NCBI GenBank assembly: GCA_043809745.1
Contig: JBDROU010000067.1
Span: forward strand, 6,515 to 70,514
Source: a bacterium
GTDB taxonomy: Bacteria > Elusimicrobiota > JBDRMW01 > JBDROU01
Length of the DNA: 64,000 nucleotides
Direction of reading: 5' to 3'
The notes under the pieces were generated by a model, which did not search any database, had not been told where the DNA came from, and saw nothing but the letters and a program-made list of their open reading frames with translations. Of the stretch, positions 9,464 through 18,359 are shown piece after piece. Positions within the stretch are counted from its first letter, which is position 1, and each line of letters starts with the position of its first letter. The position numbers were made by a program, and so were the translations under genes.

Positions 9464-10756
9464 TTAAAGTTTTATAATTTTACTAGAAGAAAAACCTTTC
9501 GTTGCGTTTTTAGAATCAAAAATAATTCTGGAATACTTAATAATGTTTTTGTAATCAAAACTCGAATGATTTGTAGCTATCACAACACAATCCTGAGATG
9601 CTAGCAAAGTTGGGGTTATTTTAACTGAACAAAGGGATTTATTGCCAATGCAAATTCTCTTAACATACGGATCAGAATAAGACAAACTTGCTTTCTTATT
9701 TAAGAGTATTGAAATAACATCCAATGCAGGCGATTCCCTTGTGTCAGACACATCTTTCTTATATGCGACCCCTAAAACTAATATTTTTGAATTCCTTATT
9801 GGTTTTTTAAAATCATTTAATATTGCCTGTATTTTTGATACTACATATTCAGGCATATGAGAATTTATTTCACCTGCCAGCTCAATAAAGCGCGAAAAGA
9901 AGTTAAGGGTTTTTAATTTCCAGGACAGATAGTGAATATCTAGCGGTATACAGTGCCCGCCAATACCTGGCCCTGGATAAAAAGGTAAAAAACCGAAAGG
10001 TTTTGTACTTGCAGCTTCTATAATTTCAAAAGTATCCAGCCTCAATTTATCGCACATTAAAGCAACCTCATTTACCAGTCCTATATTCACTGCCCTAAAG
10101 GTATTTTCCAGCAGTTTAACCATTTCCGCAGCCTGTGTAGATGAAACAGGTATTACTGTATCAACGATCTGCATGTAAAGCTTTTGGGCCAATTGAGTGC
10201 ATCTTTTTGTTATACCTCCTACAACTTTTGGCGTATTTCTTATTTTATACTTCTTGTTGCCCGGATCTACTCTCTCAGGAGAAAATGCAAGATTAAAATC
10301 TGTTCCTACACGTAATCCCTTTTTTGCTAGTAAAGGCAGCACTATTTCCTGCGTAGTGCCTGGATAGGTTGTACTCTCAAGAATAACCAGCTGATCTTTA
10401 TGCAAATACCGCGCTACCTCTGTAATCGACGAAAGTATATATGATATATCCGGATCCTTTGATTTTCTTAAAGGTGTCGGGACACATACAACCACTACAT
10501 CTTGTGATTTGAGTATACTAAAATCGGTAGTACTAATAAATTTTTTATTCGCTATAAAAGGTCGAAGTAAAAAATCAGGGATATCCTCTATATAAGATTT
10601 GCCTTTGTTAAGAAACTTTACTTTTTCATTATCTACATCAATACCATATACAGCAAATCCTGCCCCGGCAAATTCTACAGCCAGCGGCAATCCTACATAA
10701 CCAAGCCCAACTATGGCCAGCCGCGCTTTTTTGGTTTTAATTTTTTCATCAAGCAT
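9464..10756 (-). CDS. UDP-N-acetylhexosamine 6-dehydrogenase (WbpA/WecC-type nucleotide-sugar dehydrogenase)
   Basis: N-terminal IVGLGYVGLPLA Rossmann motif and GIGGHCIPLD catalytic-Cys motif of the UDP-glucose/GDP-mannose dehydrogenase family. Confidence 0.85.
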   Translation of the reverse strand: MLDEKIKTKKARLAIVGLGYVGLPLAVEFAGAGFAVYGIDVDNEKVKFLNKGKSYIEDIPDFLLRPFIANKKFISTTDFSILKSQDVVVVCVPTPLRKSKDPDISYILSSITEVARYLHKDQLVILESTTYPGTTQEIVLPLLAKKGLRVGTDFNLAFSPERVDPGNKKYKIRNTPKVVGGITKRCTQLAQKLYMQIVDTVIPVSSTQAAEMVKLLENTFRAVNIGLVNEVALMCDKLRLDTFEIIEAASTKPFGFLPFYPGPGIGGHCIPLDIHYLSWKLKTLNFFSRFIELAGEINSHMPEYVVSKIQAILNDFKKPIRNSKILVLGVAYKKDVSDTRESPALDVISILLNKKASLSYSDPYVKRICIGNKSLCSVKITPTLLASQDCVVIATNHSSFDYKNIIKYSRIIFDSKNATKGFSSSKIIKL

Positions 10757-10811
10757 TTTTTATATTCTACATCCAAAAAAAGCTAAAGTAAACAAGCTTA
10801 ATACGCTGCGA

Positions 10812-11900
10812 TTATTTATCAACTAAATATTTTCCATATATATTCTCAATTGCCTGCAACATCGATTCAATTGAAAAGCTTTCAGCTAATTTTCTGCCAT
10901 TTTCCCCTAAAATCAATCTTTTGCCTTGTGAATAAGACAGCTCTATAATCCTGTCTACAAATGAATTAATATCACCTAATTTAATAAGATACCCGTTTTC
11001 CTTGTCTTTAACCACCTCTTTAATACCCCCAACATCATTGGCTATTATTGGTCTGCCTGCTGCTAAGGATTCAAGACAAACTTGAGGAAAACTTTCTTCT
11101 AAAGACGGCATTATACACAAATCAATTGCATTAAATACTCTGGGAAGGTCGTATCTCCATCCGGCGAATACTACCTGTTTGTCGCATTTATATTTAGCTA
11201 TTTTACTTTTTAGATATTTTTCCAACGGCCCTCTACCTACAATTAAATATTTTATTCTCTGATTTTTCTCTAAAGAAATTTTTATAATATCAGGGAGATA
11301 TATAATCCCCTTATCCTTATGAATCCTTCCTATGTATCCTAAAACAATATCATCCTTTTCAAATTTAAATTCCGATCTTATATCATCCGTATTTTGATAA
11401 TACTTAAAATCAATGCCGTTATGAACTACAAAGACTCTATCTGATTCAAATCCCTCTCGTGAAACTACAAGATCTTTAACAAATTTTGAGTTTGCTATAA
11501 CACAGTCAGTAAATTTCAACGAGAAAGCATCGACAAAAGTCAGTATCTTATTCTTATAGAACTCCATTGATTGCTGCGAAGAAAATACAACAATATTATT
11601 TTTGCTGAATTTACTCAGAATTCTCCCGAAAATATTGGCTCTGTACAAATGGGTATGCAAAAGATCCGGAACAAAACTCCTGATGAAATAAATAAGTCTA
11701 AAAAATCCTTTAATTCCGGAAAAATCGTACACGCTTATCCCTAATTTACGCAGCTCTACACCTACAGGACCGAATTCTTTTAGAAAACCTATAACCACAT
11801 CATACTTACCCGATTGATACTTGACTAAGTTAAAAAGGAATTTTTCCGTACCGCCAATATTTAGGCTTGTAATCAAGTGTAATATTTTTTTTCTGTCCAT
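10812..11900 (-). CDS. glycosyltransferase, GT4 family
   Basis: Contains LNIGGTEKF and EESFPQVCLESLAAGRPII motifs. Lies in the glycan cluster. Confidence 0.85.
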   Translation of the reverse strand: MDRKKILHLITSLNIGGTEKFLFNLVKYQSGKYDVVIGFLKEFGPVGVELRKLGISVYDFSGIKGFFRLIYFIRSFVPDLLHTHLYRANIFGRILSKFSKNNIVVFSSQQSMEFYKNKILTFVDAFSLKFTDCVIANSKFVKDLVVSREGFESDRVFVVHNGIDFKYYQNTDDIRSEFKFEKDDIVLGYIGRIHKDKGIIYLPDIIKISLEKNQRIKYLIVGRGPLEKYLKSKIAKYKCDKQVVFAGWRYDLPRVFNAIDLCIMPSLEESFPQVCLESLAAGRPIIANDVGGIKEVVKDKENGYLIKLGDINSFVDRIIELSYSQGKRLILGENGRKLAESFSIESMLQAIENIYGKYLVDK

Positions 11901-11902
11901 AT

Positions 11903-13819
11903 TTAATTAATTACTCTATCTTGACGGTTATCCACAAATATATTATGCCACAGTTCAAGACACAGCAATGTCCAGAGCTGATTCCCGTGATCGCTTATTT
12001 TATTTTGATGATCTTCAATTAACTTTATCACATACTTTTTCTCAAAATATCCGCGCTGCAATGCTTTTTGACTGAGCAGTATTTCTCGAATATATCCTGT
12101 TAAATCACCGCGGAACCATTCATCAACTGGTATGCCGAAACCTGCTTTTTTACGGTTTAAGATCTTTGAAGGCAAAATATATTTAAATGCATTTTTTAAG
12201 ATTATTTTTGAATTACAATAATTCAATTTCATTTTATCTGGTATTGCTGCCGCTAACTCTACAAATTCGTGATCCAGAAAGGGTGATCTTCCTTCCAGGG
12301 AATTTGCCATACAGGCTATATCCATTTTAACTAAGAGATTCTCCGGCAGATATATCAACATATCAGTAAAAAGAGCCTTATCTACATTAGTATCCGCTGC
12401 TGCATTGTTAAATACATCCTCTAAATACAAAACATCTTTTATATAAACAGTATTTCTCATTTCTTTGGAATATAGATATCCCTTGTATTTGCTGTCAAAA
12501 CGAGTATGCCAGGAAGCGTTTCTTTTTGCCGGGGAGCTATATAACCCATCCATAAACCTTTGTAAGTACTTACTTTTAGCGCTGTTTTTAGGGCACAGGT
12601 GTTTTAACAGGCTCTTTAATCTATTATTAAGCAGAGTCCCGCTGCCAATTTGATTTGGACTGATAAATTTTAATAATAATTCTGATATTTTAAGCGCTCG
12701 ATATCTTAAATAACCGGCAAAATTCTCATCCCCCCCATCTCCATTTAGCACAACTTTTACATGTTTTTGTGTTTGCTGGGCTACAAAATAAGATGGCAAA
12801 GCTGATGAATCCGCAAATGGCTGATCATAGTACGATAAAACCTTAGGCAAAACTCCTATACTAAATGGTTTAACCGTTGCTTCATGATGATCAGTATCAA
12901 AATGTTCCGAAATCCTTTTTGCAAAAGGTAATTCCGAGAACTTCATTCCTTCAAATCCAATTGAAAATGTTTTAACTCTTCCGCTGGAGATTTTGCTCAT
13001 TAATCCAACTATAATTGAAGAATCGATCCCTCCTGACAAAAAAGCCCCCAAAGGAACGTCGCTCACTAGTCTTAGCCTGACCGATTCAGTCAGTTTATCG
13101 ACTAATAGTTTTTTGTAATCTTCAGAAGAACAGTTTAGCTTTTTTTTGAAATCAAGACTCCAGTATCGTTCGCTTTTCATCTTCCCCTTCATATCATATA
13201 AAACAAAATGCGCAGGTCTGACGCTTTTAATTGATTTGTATACTGTTTTTGGCCCTGGGATGTATTGATATGATAAATAGTCATCAATTGATTCGAAGTC
13301 AATATCTCTATCTATGCCGGGGTATTCGGTAACAGATTTTATCTCTGAAGCGAATATTAGGCTGCCATTTTTTATTGAGTAGTATAACGGTTTTTTTCCT
13401 AAACGATCCCTGGCAAGCATAATAACTTTTTTTCTTCTATCCCATAAAGCAAATGCAAACATGCCTCTTAACTTTTTAACGAATTCGACACCGAATTCCT
13501 CATACAAATGCAGTAATACTTCAGTATCTGATTTTGTTTTAAATTTATGTTTTTTCTCCAACCATTTCCTTAATTCTAGAAAATTGTATATCTCTCCATT
13601 ATATACCACCCAAATACTATTATCTTCATTGCTCATTGGTTGATTGCCGGTATCAAGATCTATAACTGATAACCTTCTATGGCCAAAAGCAATCCCTTGG
13701 TCTATGAATATTCCTTCACCATCCGGGCCCCTATGACGCAGAATTCCCATCATCGATCTAATTATATTTTCTTCAACAATAACATTATTTGGACTAAAAA
13801 TACCGCAAATTCCACACAT
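11903..13819 (-). CDS. asparagine-synthase-family glutamine amidotransferase (polysaccharide-cluster type)
   Basis: Starts MCGICGIF (Ntn Cys2 nucleophile) and carries an LSGGIDSS PP-loop. 638 aa. Its context suggests sugar amidation rather than Asn biosynthesis. Confidence 0.85.
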   Translation of the reverse strand: MCGICGIFSPNNVIVEENIIRSMMGILRHRGPDGEGIFIDQGIAFGHRRLSVIDLDTGNQPMSNEDNSIWVVYNGEIYNFLELRKWLEKKHKFKTKSDTEVLLHLYEEFGVEFVKKLRGMFAFALWDRRKKVIMLARDRLGKKPLYYSIKNGSLIFASEIKSVTEYPGIDRDIDFESIDDYLSYQYIPGPKTVYKSIKSVRPAHFVLYDMKGKMKSERYWSLDFKKKLNCSSEDYKKLLVDKLTESVRLRLVSDVPLGAFLSGGIDSSIIVGLMSKISSGRVKTFSIGFEGMKFSELPFAKRISEHFDTDHHEATVKPFSIGVLPKVLSYYDQPFADSSALPSYFVAQQTQKHVKVVLNGDGGDENFAGYLRYRALKISELLLKFISPNQIGSGTLLNNRLKSLLKHLCPKNSAKSKYLQRFMDGLYSSPAKRNASWHTRFDSKYKGYLYSKEMRNTVYIKDVLYLEDVFNNAAADTNVDKALFTDMLIYLPENLLVKMDIACMANSLEGRSPFLDHEFVELAAAIPDKMKLNYCNSKIILKNAFKYILPSKILNRKKAGFGIPVDEWFRGDLTGYIREILLSQKALQRGYFEKKYVIKLIEDHQNKISDHGNQLWTLLCLELWHNIFVDNRQDRVIN

Positions 13820-13822
13820 TTC

Positions 13823-14668
13823 TCATTCTTCCATATTTTTCTTGTTTAATTGATTCCACTTAAATTGGTTCGACATCAATGAAGGAAATCCAAACAAGGC
13901 AATAAATATTACTTGAAAAGCATGAAGAGTCAAAACAAAACTTACTGCATTGTTCTGCTCAACACCCAACAATAGCAGCGCTGTTTTCCCAGCATACTCA
14001 TATGTACCAACATATCCAGGGGCAAAAGGGATCATGACACCAATACCCAATGCCGCAACTATAAATATTGTTTGCGGGAAGCTGATCTTAAAACCAAATG
14101 CGTTCACCAATATAAATGCCAGGACAATTTCACACAACCATATTATACTGCTAACAGATATTATTGCTATAAACCTCTTAAAAGACGTAACAATTTCTAA
14201 TCCATTTATAAAATTTTGCAATATTTCATCAATTTTATTTTTTCTTTTTTCGCTTACAGGAATACATGAAATTATATTTTTGAATTTATTTCTAAACTTA
14301 ACTGATATAATTATGAATGTTAACAGAAGAAATATAAATACTATAACCGCATAAATCCCGTTAATAACAAATTTCGGCATTTCAACGATACTGAAAGAAA
14401 TCACTAAAATAGCTAAAAATAAGATTCCATCACTCGTTCTTTCGATAACTATACTGGCAAGTGATGTGCTCTTTGAAATCTTATTTTGAGAACCTAACAC
14501 AACAGCTCTGTATAACTCACCGGCTCTCATAGGCAATACGTTATTTATAAAAAATCCAGCCATCAAATATGTAAAGAGCGCTTTTATATTAATAGTTTTT
14601 ATTTTACTTATTATAATCTTCCATCTTAATGCTCTTAATGTATATGTAATGAGATAAACTAGAAACAT
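13823..14668 (-). CDS. UPF0104 / lysyl-PG-synthase-TM-like 'flippase-like' membrane protein
   Basis: Polytopic protein with an LRALRW motif. Coordinates run from the first ATG. The frame stays open to 14860 and encodes a further N-terminal TM helix, so the true N-terminus is probably upstream (see findings). Confidence 0.75.
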   Translation of the reverse strand: MFLVYLITYTLRALRWKIIISKIKTINIKALFTYLMAGFFINNVLPMRAGELYRAVVLGSQNKISKSTSLASIVIERTSDGILFLAILVISFSIVEMPKFVINGIYAVIVFIFLLLTFIIISVKFRNKFKNIISCIPVSEKRKNKIDEILQNFINGLEIVTSFKRFIAIISVSSIIWLCEIVLAFILVNAFGFKISFPQTIFIVAALGIGVMIPFAPGYVGTYEYAGKTALLLLGVEQNNAVSFVLTLHAFQVIFIALFGFPSLMSNQFKWNQLNKKNMEE

Positions 14669-14775
14669 TAATAATAAATAATAATAATTTACTTTTGTAA
14701 GTGAATTAACGACAGAATTAAAGTCTAATCCCCTAAAAGTAAGATATAGGAATCCTGAACTTAAGGCAAGACCAA

Positions 14776-15525
14776 TTAGGAGTTTTGTAACGATTTTTTC
14801 ATTCTCCTTAATTTTAGTATTAGCACAATGTAGCGCTTTATAGTTTGTAGTATTTTGATTTTACTTTTGCCGATCTTATTCATATATTTAAGTTCTAATG
14901 GTATTTCGCTGACAACCGGATTTAACATCGATAATTTTATGATTATTTCTGCCATTACAGAAAATCCTGTTTCTTCCGCTAATTTAAGATTTAATTTATT
15001 TTTATATAAAAGAATGATTTTTCCCGAATATGCACGATATCCAGATGAATAATCTCTTAATGGTCGATGCGGGAATAATATGCGCAAAAGATTATTTGCG
15101 CATAGACTTAACAGCTTTCTATAAAACTTTACACCTGTTTCTTTCCCTCCATCGCAATATCTTGAAGCAACAACAATATCCGATCCATTACGTATTTCTT
15201 CAAGCATCACCGGAATTAACTCTAAAGGATGGGTATTATCGGCGTCCAATGTAATAATAACATCCCCATTTTGCAATGTTTTGCCAATATTGCTAAACCC
15301 TGTACTTATTGCTTTTCCCAACCCTAGGTTCTTTTCATGCCTAATCAGGTTTATTGGAAGTTTTTCTTGATACTTTTTTACTATTTTAACTGTGGAATCA
15401 GTTGAACCATCATCAACCAACACAATTTTATGACTATTTTTATCAAAACCTACTCTAATATATGAATCAAATAATTCAACCAGCGATTTTTCCTCATTAT
15501 ACACCGGCAGCAAGATATAGTTCAT
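14776..15525 (-). CDS. GT2 polyprenyl-phosphate glycosyltransferase (DPM1/ArnC/GtrB-like)
   Basis: Starts LLPVYNEE and has VDDGSTD and LDADNTHP (DxD) motifs. Its 249-aa size is typical of Und-P-sugar synthases. Confidence 0.85.
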   Translation of the reverse strand: MNYILLPVYNEEKSLVELFDSYIRVGFDKNSHKIVLVDDGSTDSTVKIVKKYQEKLPINLIRHEKNLGLGKAISTGFSNIGKTLQNGDVIITLDADNTHPLELIPVMLEEIRNGSDIVVASRYCDGGKETGVKFYRKLLSLCANNLLRILFPHRPLRDYSSGYRAYSGKIILLYKNKLNLKLAEETGFSVMAEIIIKLSMLNPVVSEIPLELKYMNKIGKSKIKILQTIKRYIVLILKLRRMKKSLQNS

Positions 15526-15622
15526 AATTTCATGTATACTTAAATAATTTTTGCGGCATATTCAATATATTATTTTACAAACATTATGGGCAAATGTCTT
15601 CTTTAATGTTATTGTTATTATC

Positions 15623-17479
15623 CTATCCTCTTTCTGCAGCATTTATTTTATTCATATACTTATCTGCTAAATTTTTATCATATGATGTTATAGTTCTCTC
15701 ATAACCAGATTTTGGAGGCAATTGCCCGAATGTTTTATAATCATCCATTAACTTCTCTAACACCCGAACAGCCTCTTTATTTAATCCCAATTTGTTGAAG
15801 CACATGCCAATATAGAATCTGCTTTCAAAATAATTTGGCTCCTTACAAACAGCATTATTGAACATTCTCATACTGGACAAATAATCTCCTTTATTAAAGT
15901 ACATCTTCCCAAGCAAATTTGGAAAAAAAGGATCGGTTGGAAATAAGCGCATGTCATCAATCAAAAGATTCTCTGCTTCTTTAAAATAATCAATCAAATC
16001 CATATTCTCACTTTTCTGTTTTGATAAATTATAGGTTAATTTAGCCAACAATAATCGAATACTGTTGTCATAAGGACTGCATTTAAATGCTTCCTTTACA
16101 TTATGAAAGTTGCGGAGAATGCTGATGTTATTCTCAATTCCTTTCATGTACATATTTAAATGATGTTCTTCATCGTAAGGATTTATTCTCTGCGCAGCGT
16201 CATATCTTCCATATTTTGAATAAATATCGCTTGCGACAATTCGAAATGCCGGCAGCAGTAATATAGAAAACAAAATTACGATAATCAGAGGCTTTTTAAC
16301 GCTAATACTGCCTACGCTTAATCTGCTTATTATATATGCCACAGGAACCGCAGCGAATATGAGCAGTGTTGTATGATACACAACAAAATTAAACGACATA
16401 TGTATTGTGTAAGTTATAATTAAAAATCCCGAAATGATTGAATTACTAAAGCTGATGCTGTTTCTGCTAAATGAATCTTCCTTTACTATTTTTATGGAGT
16501 TATAAATTAGTTTTATTAAAGCCCAAAGAAGTGCTGTAAGACAAAGAACTCCAAATTCTACTCCTATCTGCAAAAAGTCATTATGTGCAAACCTGCCATA
16601 ATGAGAATAATTGAACATACTTACATTATCCGCTATTTTGTTCATTTCATATGCATAACCGAAATTCCATAATCCAACACCTGAAAACGGCTGAAAAGCA
16701 GCTGCTTTAATTGCAATCATCCATATTAGCAACCTTCCATAACTTCGTGAACCAATTTTAGTAATTGACTGCGGTAAAAAAATAAATAATATAGCGCAAA
16801 TCAAAATAAATATTAAAGCTTTTCTAAAGCCATACTTAATATATATTACTATCGATGCTAATACGAACAAAGATATATACAGCGTTCTGGAGTTTATAAG
16901 AAATGAAGCAAAAAGAAGAATTAATATTAAAGGCAACAACTGCAAAAAATACTTAAGTTTTATCTTATTCAAAATCACTCTTACAACTAATATCACCAAA
17001 GCAATATTGTTCAGCAATCCGGAGTAGTTTGGATTTCCTTCTAAAAAGCTAAATCTACAACGAAAAGACACCCAATCATAAGCAAGTATCAAAAACAATG
17101 AATTGATGATTGCTAAAGCAACAATAACATTAAACAAAAATGAGTAATCATTTTCATTATAGTTATTAAGCAAATATAGTATTAAAATAAAAAAAAGCAG
17201 AAATCTGTAAACGTTTTCAACGGAATTATTTAAGTTTATTGTAAAAATCAAACTGATTATATAAAATAACGCGAACGTTAAAATAAATGCTAAAAAATAT
17301 TTATTTAGCGCAAATTTCCGATTTTCTTTTGAACCTATTATTTTAATCAAAGTAAAAATAATCAGAATTATAATAAGAATCACTGTTTGCCATAATTCCT
17401 TTGACCCATAAAAAAGGAATGAAAGCAAAAATATAATTACAACTGGGTTAAAATATTTGTTAGGAATTAAATCTACCAT
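15623..17479 (-). CDS. O-antigen-ligase-like (Wzy_C domain) membrane protein with C-terminal TPR repeats
   Basis: About 12 TM helices and an FAHNDFLQIGVEFGVL Wzy_C signature loop. The C-terminal 150 aa or so are TPR-like (GKMYFNKGDYLSSMRMFNNAVCKEPNYFESRFYIGMCF). Confidence 0.8.
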   Translation of the reverse strand: MVDLIPNKYFNPVVIIFLLSFLFYGSKELWQTVILIIILIIFTLIKIIGSKENRKFALNKYFLAFILTFALFYIISLIFTINLNNSVENVYRFLLFFILILYLLNNYNENDYSFLFNVIVALAIINSLFLILAYDWVSFRCRFSFLEGNPNYSGLLNNIALVILVVRVILNKIKLKYFLQLLPLILILLFASFLINSRTLYISLFVLASIVIYIKYGFRKALIFILICAILFIFLPQSITKIGSRSYGRLLIWMIAIKAAAFQPFSGVGLWNFGYAYEMNKIADNVSMFNYSHYGRFAHNDFLQIGVEFGVLCLTALLWALIKLIYNSIKIVKEDSFSRNSISFSNSIISGFLIITYTIHMSFNFVVYHTTLLIFAAVPVAYIISRLSVGSISVKKPLIIVILFSILLLPAFRIVASDIYSKYGRYDAAQRINPYDEEHHLNMYMKGIENNISILRNFHNVKEAFKCSPYDNSIRLLLAKLTYNLSKQKSENMDLIDYFKEAENLLIDDMRLFPTDPFFPNLLGKMYFNKGDYLSSMRMFNNAVCKEPNYFESRFYIGMCFNKLGLNKEAVRVLEKLMDDYKTFGQLPPKSGYERTITSYDKNLADKYMNKINAAERG

Positions 17480-17639
17480 TGATCAAATAAAAAGACTATT
17501 TTCAGGGAGGTTAACTTAAGCGATCCCAATTTATAATCTAACTATTACTTATGCAGGTAATTAAAGATCCCAGCATCTTAAATTCTATCTTAAGCATAAT
17601 AACTTTGGATATACCATCAAAATTTATATCAATAACCAG

Positions 17640-18350
17640 TTATTTTGAAGTTCTTACACTTATAAAGCCGTATAATTTTATCGCTAAAAATATCAAAAGA
17701 AAAACTATCCCTGCATTTAAGAATATCTCGTGATATTTATACATTTTACTTCCTGCACTAACATAACTCTTAATCATTAGCCCTGCTATCAGCATTATAA
17801 AACCTACAAAAGATAATATATAATCAACAAACATTTTGACCAGAATGTTACCGCCGGAACCTTCAGTCCTATTTGAATCAGGAATAGACACAATTGATAT
17901 AATATTTATTTTTTGCAGGAATTTTTTGTAAATCTCATTTTCAGGATTATTCTTTAGTAATTCTTTGTATTCTTCAGCAAGTTCGTTTATTAGGCCTGCT
18001 TTTAAAGCAAGATCCAGCTTTGCATCATGAAACTTCTGATTACTAGGTTCGAATTCAGTGGCTTTCCTCAAGTTTTCCATACTTAGGACATAAAATCCAT
18101 GGCTGTTATTAATCTTTCCATGTATTTGATATGCCTTTGCCAAAGCGAAATAGAACGATGAATTAGTGCTATCTTTAGAAATAGCCCTCTTGAATTCAAA
18201 AATGGCATCAGCAACAGAACCTTTATGGAGTAGGGATTCCCCTTTTCTAAAATGATCTTTCGAATCTTTTATTAAATTTGATTTTTGTGAGATTTGAGAT
18301 GAATAAACTTCTTCTGCATTTAAATCACCATTTTCTTCTGATAAAGACAT
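17640..18350 (-). CDS. TPR-repeat protein with two C-terminal TM helices, function unknown
   Basis: No signal peptide. It has TPR-like repeats (AIFEFKRAISKDSTNSSFYFALAKAY) and two hydrophobic helices at the C-terminus. It starts 9 nt after the pilQ stop. Confidence 0.6.
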   Translation of the reverse strand: MSLSEENGDLNAEEVYSSQISQKSNLIKDSKDHFRKGESLLHKGSVADAIFEFKRAISKDSTNSSFYFALAKAYQIHGKINNSHGFYVLSMENLRKATEFEPSNQKFHDAKLDLALKAGLINELAEEYKELLKNNPENEIYKKFLQKINIISIVSIPDSNRTEGSGGNILVKMFVDYILSFVGFIMLIAGLMIKSYVSAGSKMYKYHEIFLNAGIVFLLIFLAIKLYGFISVRTSK

Positions 18351-18359
18351 ATATGGCCT

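Noticed and set aside
3889-17479. Exosortase/PEP-CTERM-type EPS locus, suggested by the AsnB-like amidotransferase, GT4s and TPR/O-antigen-ligase-like protein.
   Set aside because: No exosortase (EpsH), PEP-CTERM substrate, chain-length determinant or Wza-like exporter is present in the window, so that assignment has no support here.
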